DNA of 64,000 nt. Source: Escherichia phage UGJNEcP3. The notes beneath the pieces were generated by a model, which was not told where the DNA came from, made no database searches, and was given only the letters and a program-made list of their open reading frames with translations. Numbering within the stretch: position 1 is the first letter of the stretch; every line of letters starts with the position of its first letter. Both the position numbers and the translations under genes were made by a program. Shown in pieces: positions 1-9,148 of this stretch. Location: the sequence record OV876907, one strand, 5' to 3'.

Positions 1-2
1 TT

Positions 3-338
3 TCTCGCTCCGGTGGATATTCTGATTATACCTACCGAAACGGATTTGAAGAAGCTGATAGATTAGTTACTATGGCCCAATACGATGGCTATGCCCATTG
101 TAAGGTATATGGTAACTTTGAACTAACTCCAGGTGATAAGATTAATTTCTATGACCCTAAAAACCAATTCCAATACGATTTTTATGTAGACGAAGTTATT
201 CATGAAGTGAGTAACAATACATCAATTACAAACCTTTATATGTTTACTAATGGTAAGCCTATTAAGATTGAAGAACCACCGAAGGTTAAAAATGAACTTA
301 AAACTGATACTCCCGATCAAGAAAATAACGCTGGGTGA
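3..338 (+). CDS. 27: baseplate hub subunit gp27, C-terminal part (5-prime end outside window)
   Basis: Frame is open from the window edge to the stop at 336-338; sits directly upstream of the 28-29-48-54 block as in T4. Confidence 0.5.
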   Translation, partial: SRSGGYSDYTYRNGFEEADRLVTMAQYDGYAHCKVYGNFELTPGDKINFYDPKNQFQYDFYVDEVIHEVSNNTSITNLYMFTNGKPIKIEEPPKVKNELKTDTPDQENNAG

Positions 339-819
339 CAAAGAGATTTCCATTCCTAAATTGGGTCTTAAACACCAGAAATTGGTTAAAGATGAAAAGG
401 ACCCTTACAAGGCTCTTCATATATTAATGAATTCCATTTATAAAGGTTTATCCGCGGCAGAGACTGATTTTGCCGCTCTCCACCTTTTAGAATTCAATGG
501 AAGATTAAAAAGTAAAGTAACCAAAGACGGGTTTACTTATAACTTAAATGACCTTTATATCTGCCAGCGACTTGAATTCCAATTCCAAGGTAAAACATTT
601 AAATTTAAATCACACGAACCATTTCAAACATTTGGGCCTGTTGATAGTGTATTACAATCCCTTTACCTTGGCGATAATGTACCAGATTTTCTGGATATGC
701 CTGCCTTTGTTGCTACATGGGCCGACGATATAACTTCTACTATAGCTATCCCTGGTCCTAATGGTCCTATCAAAGGATTGCTTAAAATCATGGATATCTT
801 AAATGAAGAACGAATCTAA
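292..819 (+). CDS. 28: baseplate hub distal subunit gp28
   Basis: Track ORF 250-819; the ATG at 292 gives about 175 aa, close to T4 gp28 size, with minimal overlap of the gp27 stop. Assigned by synteny. Confidence 0.55.
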   Translation: MNLKLILPIKKITLGDKEISIPKLGLKHQKLVKDEKDPYKALHILMNSIYKGLSAAETDFAALHLLEFNGRLKSKVTKDGFTYNLNDLYICQRLEFQFQGKTFKFKSHEPFQTFGPVDSVLQSLYLGDNVPDFLDMPAFVATWADDITSTIAIPGPNGPIKGLLKIMDILNEERI

Positions 820-2539
820 TCAGAATAGTTTTCGTCGCAATAAACTGATTGAAGAAATGGCTCCTCAGCGTCGTGCTGAGGCGCTAGCCCAAACTCAGAA
901 CGACGAATTAGGAAATATATCAGATGTTTTATCCGATTCCCAGGCGGCGTCTGAATTGCTCTCTGAAGTTGTTGAGACAAAGTCTAACCAGATTATTAAT
1001 TCTGTAAACCGAGTAGACAAAAGCGTCCAAGATGTTGTCGCTGGAACAGAATTAACGGCCGAAGCTATATCAGAACAAACCCAACAGTCTAAAGCTCTTT
1101 CGGATGCATTAAACGAAAAGATTAATAAGCTTTCTAATATGTTGGAGGCTAAATTTTCTGGTATTTCTATTCCACCGGAAGGGGGTTCATTAAAGGTTAT
1201 TGAAGACTCTATTCCGGAAGAACCTAAGGCCGAAACCCCTAAAGTTCCTGCTGTTGTTGAAGATATTCTTCCACCTGAAGATAATAAACCTGACGCTGAA
1301 TTTATGCCTGAGTCTCCTAAAAATTCAGATGAAGGTAAAGAAGGTGATAAGACTTCTCTTTCCGAGAAAATCGAAGCCCTTACTAAAATAACTGAAAAGG
1401 GATTTAAAGCTTCTATAGGCGTCGCTGATAGAATTTCAGGCATGCTTTTTAAGTATACCATTACCGCTGCCGCTGAAGCTGCTAAACTCGCAGCAGGTTT
1501 AGTCCTTTTAATATTTGGTATAGATGCCATTCGCGTATACTTCCAATATTTCATGGACCAATTTGAGTCAGGGTGGAAAGAATTTAACGATAAGTTTAAA
1601 GAGTGGGGACCATTACTTGAAGGGCTAATGACATGGGCCAAGAATGCTGAAGCCATGTTTAGTGAAGGAAACTGGTTAGGTCTGGCTGAAGCTATTATTC
1701 GTGGTATGGTTAATCTTACCAAAAATATGGCACAACTTTTAATGCTTGGTATTTCTAAGTTGATTTCTGCTATTTTAAGCAAAATACCTGGTATGGGTGA
1801 GTTGGCCGAAAACGTAGAGGCTTCCGCCTTAATGTCGTATCAACAAAATACCGGAGCCACTTTGGACGATGAAGACCAAACTAAAGTGGCCAAGTACCAT
1901 GATAGACGTTCAGCCGAGGCTTTAGAAACAGCCGAGAAAATGAATAAGAAGTATAAGGATAAACCTGAGCTTATAAACCAGGCAGAGAAATACGGTAATC
2001 TTACTAAAGAACAAGCCGACCAATTACGCGCCGGTGGAATTGACACAAGCTTCCGTGACCTCCCTGAAGAAGAACGTTTAGAGTATTTCAAGAAACGTGA
2101 TAAAGCTCAGGCTGATATTATTCGTTTGACACAAACCGCTGATAATATAATGAAGCCTGATTCTAAAGATATCGAAAATGCTAAAGCATTTAAAGCTGAT
2201 ATCGAGAAACAATTGGCTGACCCTATTATGGCTAAAGGTGGAGCACCGAAGGACCTTAATATCCAGCAATTACTCGATAAGATGAATAAATCTTTAGAGA
2301 AATTTAATGAAGCTGAAAAGCCTAAACCTGCTTCTGTAGCGGAATCTCCTGAAAATACCCAGGTTAAAAAGGTTGATGAGCAAATGAGAGCAAAGGAAAA
2401 TGCTAAATATAGTCAGCAAGCTCCAACTCAAATAAATCAGCAAACGAATATCAAGAAAACGAGTAAGACAAGCTATAATATGCCTCCACAGTCCTCTACT
2501 CCTGCTCCTGGTATGCGTCAAGCTACTAAAGTTAATTAG
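803..2539 (+). CDS. 29: baseplate hub / tail length determining protein gp29
   Basis: 578 aa ORF with extended Ala/Glu/Lys-rich regions and a central hydrophobic segment; position between 28 and 48; T4 gp29 is of similar size. Confidence 0.7.
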   Translation: MKNESNQNSFRRNKLIEEMAPQRRAEALAQTQNDELGNISDVLSDSQAASELLSEVVETKSNQIINSVNRVDKSVQDVVAGTELTAEAISEQTQQSKALSDALNEKINKLSNMLEAKFSGISIPPEGGSLKVIEDSIPEEPKAETPKVPAVVEDILPPEDNKPDAEFMPESPKNSDEGKEGDKTSLSEKIEALTKITEKGFKASIGVADRISGMLFKYTITAAAEAAKLAAGLVLLIFGIDAIRVYFQYFMDQFESGWKEFNDKFKEWGPLLEGLMTWAKNAEAMFSEGNWLGLAEAIIRGMVNLTKNMAQLLMLGISKLISAILSKIPGMGELAENVEASALMSYQQNTGATLDDEDQTKVAKYHDRRSAEALETAEKMNKKYKDKPELINQAEKYGNLTKEQADQLRAGGIDTSFRDLPEEERLEYFKKRDKAQADIIRLTQTADNIMKPDSKDIENAKAFKADIEKQLADPIMAKGGAPKDLNIQQLLDKMNKSLEKFNEAEKPKPASVAESPENTQVKKVDEQMRAKENAKYSQQAPTQINQQTNIKKTSKTSYNMPPQSSTPAPGMRQATKVN

Positions 2540-2547
2540 GATTAATA

Positions 2548-3636
2548 ATGAAAGTAAAAGAACTTGACTTTGATGTAGCCTCCTTGTTTAAAGGAGGTTC
2601 AAAGACCTCCGCAGGTCAATCTAAAACACCACCAATAAAAACCACGGTAACCGCTCAGTACCCAGCTGAGCGTGCTTCAGGTAATGATACCTCAACCGAT
2701 ATGGTATTAAACGACCTCTATAAAAATGGATTGCTTTTTACTGCATATAATTTTAGTTCTCGTGTATCTCCGGATTTGCGTAACGACCGTTCGAGTCAAA
2801 TGACTAAAAAGTTCTCAAAAGCTGCTAGTAAACTTACCGGCAATACCGGAGGATTCAGCGCGGTTAAAAACTTGTTTAGTAATAACTCTAAGGGAGTTAA
2901 ATTTGACAACCAAGCTTTGGCAAATATTTTACTCCCACGTTCTAAATCTGACGTAGATTCAGTGTCGCATAAATTTAATGATGTCGGTGAATCATTAATT
3001 ACTAAAGGTGGCGGTACTGCTACAGGTATTTTAAGTAACGTTGCAAGTACTGCGGTATTTGGTGCATTGGAATCTGTAACTAATGGCGTAATGGCTGATT
3101 CAGGTGAACAGATATACACCACCGCCCGTAGTATGTACGCCGGCCCGGATAACCGTACTAAGGTATTCACTTGGGAAATGACCCCACGAAACGCCCAAGA
3201 CCTTATCCAGATTATTAAAATATACGAAATCTTTAATTACTATTCTTATGGTGAAACCGGCAACTCAGCTTTCGCTGGTGAATTAAAAGAGAAGATTGAT
3301 ACCTGGTATCGTTCTACGTTTAAAAAAGAAGCTATTGACAAGTTTGACGGTAAGCTATTAGGGGAAAGTATTACAAGCTTCCTTTCTAATGTTATTGTGG
3401 TAAGTAACCCGACCATTTGGTATATCCGAAACTTTGGCGATAGTAGTTCATATGATGGTCGTGAAGATATTTTTGGTCCATGCCAAATCCAGAGTATCCG
3501 TTTTGATAAAACCCCTGATGGCCAATTTAATGGATTGGCTATTGCTCCTAACTTACCATCTACGTTTAGTTTAGAAGTTACTTTCCGTGAAATTATTACT
3601 CTGAACCGTGGCTCACTTTATACGGAAGGATTCTAA
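2548..3636 (+). CDS. 48: baseplate tail tube cap gp48
   Basis: 362 aa, synteny 29-48-54, size matches T4 gp48. Confidence 0.7.
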   Translation: MKVKELDFDVASLFKGGSKTSAGQSKTPPIKTTVTAQYPAERASGNDTSTDMVLNDLYKNGLLFTAYNFSSRVSPDLRNDRSSQMTKKFSKAASKLTGNTGGFSAVKNLFSNNSKGVKFDNQALANILLPRSKSDVDSVSHKFNDVGESLITKGGGTATGILSNVASTAVFGALESVTNGVMADSGEQIYTTARSMYAGPDNRTKVFTWEMTPRNAQDLIQIIKIYEIFNYYSYGETGNSAFAGELKEKIDTWYRSTFKKEAIDKFDGKLLGESITSFLSNVIVVSNPTIWYIRNFGDSSSYDGREDIFGPCQIQSIRFDKTPDGQFNGLAIAPNLPSTFSLEVTFREIITLNRGSLYTEGF

Positions 3637-4589
3637 TGTATACTTTACAAGAATTTCAGAACCAGGCAATTAATATTGACCTACAGAGGAATAACCTGTT
3701 TAGTGTAGTATTTGCTACAGTTCCTTCTTCTAAATCCCAGGCGCTCCTCGACCAGTTCGGTGGAGCTTTATTTAACAATATCCCATTGAATACCGATTTG
3801 TTTGGTATTACACAAGGAGAGTTGACCCAAGGTGTTACGACATTAGTGACAGCGGGCACTCAGAAGTTGATTCGTAAGTCAGGCATAAGTAAATATCTGA
3901 TTGGAGCTATGTCATCCAGGGTTGTGCAGAGCTTACTAGGAGAGTTTGAAGTAGGTACATATCTGATGGATTTTTTCAATATGGCCTATCCTACGGCAGG
4001 TCTTTTAGTCCACGCCGTTAAAATCCCGGATAATACTTTGAACTACGAAATGGATTTGAACCATAACTCACCTAACATCAAAATTACTGGAAGGGAATAT
4101 TCCCCATTGGTATTAAGCTTCCGTATGGATTCTGAAGCTGCTAACTACCGTGCTTTTAATGATTGGGTCAATAGTGTCCAAGACCCTATTACACAATTAA
4201 GAGCATTGCCTGAAGATGTTGAAGCTGACATCCAAGTCAACCTTCATTCTCGTAATGGATTGCCACATACAGTAGTAATGCTTAATGGATGTGTTCCTGT
4301 AGGTGTTTCATCGCCGGAATTATCTTATGATGGCGATAACCAGATTGCTTCGTTTGATGTTACATTTGCTTATAGAAGTGTACAGACGGGTGCAGTTGGT
4401 AAACAAGCTGCTTATGAATGGCTGGAAGATAAAGTCCTTAAAGGCGTAGCAGGCATAAGTGAGAGTAACTCATTAAGTTCTTCTGTAGCTAAATTAAGTA
4501 GACTTTCAGGAGCTTCTAGTGGATTGACCGGATTGGTTAATACGTTTGGTGGGCGTGCTATTAATAATGGAATATCGAGGTTGCTATAA
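3636..4589 (+). CDS. 54: baseplate tail tube initiator gp54
   Basis: 317 aa, start overlaps the gp48 stop, last gene of the late baseplate operon as in T4. Confidence 0.7.
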   Translation: MYTLQEFQNQAINIDLQRNNLFSVVFATVPSSKSQALLDQFGGALFNNIPLNTDLFGITQGELTQGVTTLVTAGTQKLIRKSGISKYLIGAMSSRVVQSLLGEFEVGTYLMDFFNMAYPTAGLLVHAVKIPDNTLNYEMDLNHNSPNIKITGREYSPLVLSFRMDSEAANYRAFNDWVNSVQDPITQLRALPEDVEADIQVNLHSRNGLPHTVVMLNGCVPVGVSSPELSYDGDNQIASFDVTFAYRSVQTGAVGKQAAYEWLEDKVLKGVAGISESNSLSSSVAKLSRLSGASSGLTGLVNTFGGRAINNGISRLL

Positions 4590-4597
4590 CAAAAAAA

Positions 4598-4615
4598 GGA
4601 GAGCGTACGCTCTCC
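4598..4615. terminator. bidirectional intrinsic terminator hairpin between convergent genes
   Basis: Perfect palindrome GGAGAGCGTACGCTCTCC flanked by an A7 run upstream and TTT downstream, between the gp54 stop and the stop of minus-strand ORF 4625-4915. Confidence 0.6.
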
Positions 4616-4624
4616 TTTAGGGGT

Positions 4625-4915
4625 TTATTTACGGAACGAAATGAAACCTGCTGTGGTCATTAGTGGTTGCTTTTTAACAAACACCGTGACCGAAATAGGA
4701 GCTTCAGATTCGAGTTGTCCTGTCACTACACCGTTAAAAATGTTTTCGGTTTGTTCTGGATAAGAAAAATTCTCAACAGGTCGGATATCAAACTGTTTGT
4801 CTTCACCAAAAACTCGACGTAATTCATTACCTACGGCACTGTCAAACTCTTCGGAAGCAGGGATAACGTTTTCAACTACCAGTTCTTGACCATTAAAACG
4901 GAATGCAGATTTCAT
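4625..4915 (-). CDS. hypothetical early protein downstream of the alt cluster
   Basis: 96 aa ORF with its own GTTTAC-N18-TACTAT promoter module and GAGGAGA RBS. Confidence 0.5.
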   Translation of the reverse strand: MKSAFRFNGQELVVENVIPASEEFDSAVGNELRRVFGEDKQFDIRPVENFSYPEQTENIFNGVVTGQLESEAPISVTVFVKKQPLMTTAGFISFRK

Positions 4916-4933
4916 AATGTTCTCCTCATGTTT

Positions 4934-4963
4934 GTGTAAGGTAATAGTACCACATCCTTGTGG
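4934..4963 (-). promoter_or_regulatory. T4-type early promoter (GTTTAC -35, TACTAT -10)
   Basis: Minus strand reads GTTTAC, 18 nt spacer, TACTAT, then a leader with GAGGAGA RBS before the ATG at 4915. Confidence 0.45.
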
Positions 4964-4972
4964 TGTTGTAAA

Positions 4973-7096
4973 CTACATTTTGAATTTATTTGATAAAGAA
5001 GAGATATCCAAAGACGCGGCAAGGATTTCCATAGCTTCATTGCTTTCAGAAATGGATTCACTAATCAAGAACTGACTGAATCCATCCATCAGGCGAACTT
5101 CGCCAGTTTCCATCAAATGGTCACCATCGTAAACAGATTCGCTGAGCTCTGAAGGAGGTGTTACGGTAGCTTCCATAAGGTATTTGTGAGATACTCTATC
5201 ATTCATGGCAAAAGACGCTACTTTATCAACCTTCAACAATAATCCACGCGGAAGGATAATTTCTGCTTCTTCAGCATATTCTGTAAGGTCGCCAGGAGCG
5301 ATAACTTTAACTGCTTCAGCACCTCGAATAACCATACCAATTTCAGCAATTCTATCCGCAGGGCCTTCAGGTGCAATTGGATTACCAAACTCGTCTTCTT
5401 CCCATTCCACCTCTTCGTCATCGACTTCACCCACATCAGATGAACTACCACTAGCCAATTTAAACAACTCATCGGCTGAGGATAAAGAACCTTCATCACC
5501 AACAAAAACTGCTTGGTTGTCGAGGGCCATATAATTTTTACCAAATTCGCCAAAGATGTTAGGCTTTAATGAGGCCGACACAAAGTTCTTAAAGTAAAAT
5601 GTTTTGTTATCGATATTATGACGCAGAATTTTGTATGGTAAATCCTGACCACGATACAAAATAGTACCCTTAGGAAGTTTAATACCCTTAGTAAATGCTG
5701 AGTCTAAATCCTTAATCAATTTAATAGCCGTTGTATTGTTTTCGGATTCAGGTTTACCTAAAAGGAATAAGTTCATAGGAGCATATTCAGCTGCGCAATA
5801 TTCAATAATAGCATTGCTTTCGTCTTTGGTTAAGTCCTTAGGTTTAATGAGCTCACCTGAATAAGCATATGCATCACTAATAGAATCGTTAATTAGTTTA
5901 TAAACGGCTTCCATAGCGAAAGCAATTCGAGAGGCCTTTTCTGAAGGGGAGCCTTTAAAACGAGCGCTCAAGTTATTAACAATTTTCTTAATAATATCCA
6001 GACTATTGGTGGTATTGATTTGCGAAAGGCCACTTAAAAGTCTATCGACTTCTGTATTAAAAAATGCCATATTATTAGAGTAAATTTCAAACCCTTGTTT
6101 ATCTCTATTAGCATAATTTAGTTTAAATTTACTATCAGTCATTAAAGCGTGTGTGAGAGCAATAGTGTATCTAAAGTTGGCAAGGTCCTCGCTCTTAGAT
6201 TTAAACTGAGAAGCCTGGCGCATTTTGGTAATAGCACCTTTTTTAAAGTTCTGACTAATCTGTTCAATACCTTCATTCTCAGGGCCTTCAGCCGTGTGAA
6301 CCGGTACAGAAGCTTCAAACTCGTTATAAACCTGCAATTCTTTAGGGGACAAAGTTTCAGGCTCAGCAGTAGAATACTGCGCGGCCGCTGCCATACGACG
6401 CGAAATCTTAGTACGAGTAATGACAGCCTTATCAGTACGTTTCTCTTCAACTTGTGCAATAGATGCCGCTACGGCTTCTACTTTACTTACGGCCTGGCCG
6501 GTTTTCTTAGAAACATACACTTCGCCAACTTTAGACTCGACTTTAGTATAAAGATTGGCATCAATTTCAGGCATACCCTTGATATCTTCAATATTAGCAC
6601 CACGACGTACTAAAAGAACGTAGGTATGTTTTCCGCTGAATTGGAACATGTGGTCAACAACTTTAAACTTACCACCGGTACGGGCCATAGCCAAACGAGC
6701 TAATACGCGCTGAACGGTAGGGCCTTTACCTTTCATTTTCTTAGTAGGGAAACGGAATAAAACCGCGTCCATTTTAAGTTTGTTTATTTGTTCATATATG
6801 GTATCGAAAATGGTGTTCAGTGTACCGAGTGGATCGGTACCCAAACCACCCTTGAGTTCTGCCGGAGCGCCTTTAGCAGATAAACTCATTAAGATAACAT
6901 GGACGTACTTATCGCCATTTTTAACCATCTTAATAGCGTCGCCTTCAGACGCATAAGATACCATACGCGCTACTAAATTGTCATTACCAGGAGCATGTAC
7001 CGCAAAAATCTGCGGTACGCCTGAGCCAGGTTTAAGATTTGTTACCGGATAGTTTTTAGCGGAATCGCTATCAAAAACTTCGTTTAAATTTTCCAT
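4973..7096 (-). CDS. alt: Alt-like ADP-ribosyltransferase paralog 1 (variant catalytic motif, divergent C-terminus)
   Basis: 707 aa. N-terminal ~230 aa nearly identical to the two neighbours. ART region reads FYFKNFVSAS ... EAEIILPRG: Lys where the R-S-EXE class has Arg, and SAS instead of STS. Confidence 0.75.
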   Translation of the reverse strand: MENLNEVFDSDSAKNYPVTNLKPGSGVPQIFAVHAPGNDNLVARMVSYASEGDAIKMVKNGDKYVHVILMSLSAKGAPAELKGGLGTDPLGTLNTIFDTIYEQINKLKMDAVLFRFPTKKMKGKGPTVQRVLARLAMARTGGKFKVVDHMFQFSGKHTYVLLVRRGANIEDIKGMPEIDANLYTKVESKVGEVYVSKKTGQAVSKVEAVAASIAQVEEKRTDKAVITRTKISRRMAAAAQYSTAEPETLSPKELQVYNEFEASVPVHTAEGPENEGIEQISQNFKKGAITKMRQASQFKSKSEDLANFRYTIALTHALMTDSKFKLNYANRDKQGFEIYSNNMAFFNTEVDRLLSGLSQINTTNSLDIIKKIVNNLSARFKGSPSEKASRIAFAMEAVYKLINDSISDAYAYSGELIKPKDLTKDESNAIIEYCAAEYAPMNLFLLGKPESENNTTAIKLIKDLDSAFTKGIKLPKGTILYRGQDLPYKILRHNIDNKTFYFKNFVSASLKPNIFGEFGKNYMALDNQAVFVGDEGSLSSADELFKLASGSSSDVGEVDDEEVEWEEDEFGNPIAPEGPADRIAEIGMVIRGAEAVKVIAPGDLTEYAEEAEIILPRGLLLKVDKVASFAMNDRVSHKYLMEATVTPPSELSESVYDGDHLMETGEVRLMDGFSQFLISESISESNEAMEILAASLDISSLSNKFKM

Positions 7097-7099
7097 TAT

Positions 7100-9148
7100 T
7101 TACCCTTGGGTGAATTTTTCTGGGGTTTCGTCAAAATTAATACATGAAGCTAAAATAGGCATTATATCCACCTTGGTCGATTTGACGAATGAATCAAAAG
7201 ACACACGGTTGTCGGTCTCTGTTTCTACGCCTTGGTAAACAACCAATTCGCCGGTTTCCATCAATGCATCACCATCATAGATAACCGCATTTTCTGCTAG
7301 TTGGTCTGTGGTCTGGATATCAGCTTCCAATAATTTGGTGTTGTAGTTTCCTTTATATGAGGCATCTGTAATTTTAGTAATCTTAACAGTAGTTCCACGT
7401 GGAAGAATAACCTCTTGTTCTGTTGGAGAACCTGACAATTCACCGGGCACAATTACGTTAATAGAGTCTGCACCGGAAATTTTCCAACCGATGTTCATCA
7501 TTGTATTTTCGGAACTCGTCAGCATACTTGGAAGAACAATTTCATTATTGCCTTGGAAAGATGTCCCAGCGCGATAGTCCTGATGAACTGCGGCCATTGC
7601 GACGTTTGATACCCAGCCGCCAAAGATAATCGGCTTAAGGGACGTTGATACATAGTTCCTGAAATAAAACAATTTTGAGTGTTTGATTTTATCAAAAGTG
7701 TTAACATTTAAATATTGACCACGCCAAAGTGTAATATCAGGTGGCAATTTATGGCCAATTTCAAATGCCGCATCCATATCATTAATTACTTCAATTACAC
7801 GATAACTATCAATAAATTCTGCATCCTCTTCATAATAATTACCCAACAAATAATTATTAACATCGGTATAATATTGGCCACAATAAGAAGAAATAGCCTC
7901 ACGCTGCCCATACTCAAATCGATTATCGCTATAACTGGCTGTAAAATGCATAACACTTTCTGACGCTTCATTAGCAAAGTCGGTAACAGCAGCACTTATA
8001 CGTTGAGCATACTCTTGTTCCCAAAGCTCTGCTGCATATTCTGCCGCATCCATATTAGGAGGAGCCTCATTCATTTTTCTTTCGATAAATGCAGCTTTGC
8101 GAAGGTTAAGAACCTCTGCACATGATTCGGCAAAAATCTGCATCTGCTTCATACTGCCGACAGGAGCACGTTTAAGTTCACGATGCATACGGTTAAAAAT
8201 TGGGTCAGAGTCTTCGACTCGAATTTCTTCTTTCCAAACACCGTTTGCTCGCATAGCCATATCTGCCGCGCGCATACGCTCCATAGTATTCGTTTCAGAA
8301 GGCTGAATAAAAATTTCCAGTTCTTCATAATCATCGATAAGTTCTGCTGTTGCTGGGGCACTAAATTTTGATGCCTCTGCATCAATCTCATTCCAACCTT
8401 CCGGAACTTCATCTCGAGGAGAATACTGGGCTGCGGCTACAGCACGCCTAGAAATCTTGGTAGTAGTAATAACGGCCTTATCCGTACGTTTTTCTTCGAC
8501 TGCCGCTATACTAGCAGATAGTGCTTCTATTTTGGTTACCGATTGGCCTGTTTTCTTGGATACATAAACCTCACCAACTTTAGACTCAACCTTAGTGTAA
8601 AGGTCTGCATCAATTTCAGGCATACCTTTTATGTCCTCAATATTAGCTTGTTTACGGACCAGTAAAACGTATGTATGTTTGCCTGTAAATTGATACATAT
8701 CATCGACAACTTTAAACTTGCCGCCAGTACGAGCCATCGCCAAACGTGCCAATACACGTTGAACAGTAGGACCCTTACCTTTCATTTTCTTGGTAGGGAA
8801 CCGGAAAAGAACTGCATCCATTTTAAGTTTGTTTACTTGTTCGTATACAGTATCAAAAATGGTATTCAGCGTACCAAGTGGGTCAGAACCTAACCCACCT
8901 TTCAACTCGGCTGGGCTACCCTTAGCAGACAAACTCATCAAAATAACATGAACATATTTGTCACCCGGCTTAACCATTTTAATAGCGTCTCCTTGAGACG
9001 CATAAGATACCATACGAGCAACCAGATTATCATTACCTGGTGCTTGGATAGAGAAAATCTGTGGAATACCGGGACCCGGTTTAAGATTTGTTACTGGATA
9101 GTTTTTAGCGGAATCACTATCAAAAACCTCATTTAAATTTTCCATCAT
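7100..9148 (-). CDS. alt: Alt-like ADP-ribosyltransferase paralog 2
   Basis: 682 aa. R-S-EXE signature FYFRNYVSTS ... EQEVILPRG; C-terminal tail ends PEKFTQG like T4 Alt; start 3 nt after the paralog 3 stop. Confidence 0.8.
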   Translation of the reverse strand: MMENLNEVFDSDSAKNYPVTNLKPGPGIPQIFSIQAPGNDNLVARMVSYASQGDAIKMVKPGDKYVHVILMSLSAKGSPAELKGGLGSDPLGTLNTIFDTVYEQVNKLKMDAVLFRFPTKKMKGKGPTVQRVLARLAMARTGGKFKVVDDMYQFTGKHTYVLLVRKQANIEDIKGMPEIDADLYTKVESKVGEVYVSKKTGQSVTKIEALSASIAAVEEKRTDKAVITTTKISRRAVAAAQYSPRDEVPEGWNEIDAEASKFSAPATAELIDDYEELEIFIQPSETNTMERMRAADMAMRANGVWKEEIRVEDSDPIFNRMHRELKRAPVGSMKQMQIFAESCAEVLNLRKAAFIERKMNEAPPNMDAAEYAAELWEQEYAQRISAAVTDFANEASESVMHFTASYSDNRFEYGQREAISSYCGQYYTDVNNYLLGNYYEEDAEFIDSYRVIEVINDMDAAFEIGHKLPPDITLWRGQYLNVNTFDKIKHSKLFYFRNYVSTSLKPIIFGGWVSNVAMAAVHQDYRAGTSFQGNNEIVLPSMLTSSENTMMNIGWKISGADSINVIVPGELSGSPTEQEVILPRGTTVKITKITDASYKGNYNTKLLEADIQTTDQLAENAVIYDGDALMETGELVVYQGVETETDNRVSFDSFVKSTKVDIMPILASCINFDETPEKFTQG

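Noticed and set aside
895-1782. 295 aa antisense ORF inside gene 29, and similar antisense or alternate-frame ORFs inside alt, 30, nrdA, gp34, gp37, rIIA and gene 39
   Set aside because: They lie entirely within strongly supported genes on the opposite strand or in another frame, lack RBS context, and have low-complexity composition; treated as chance open frames.
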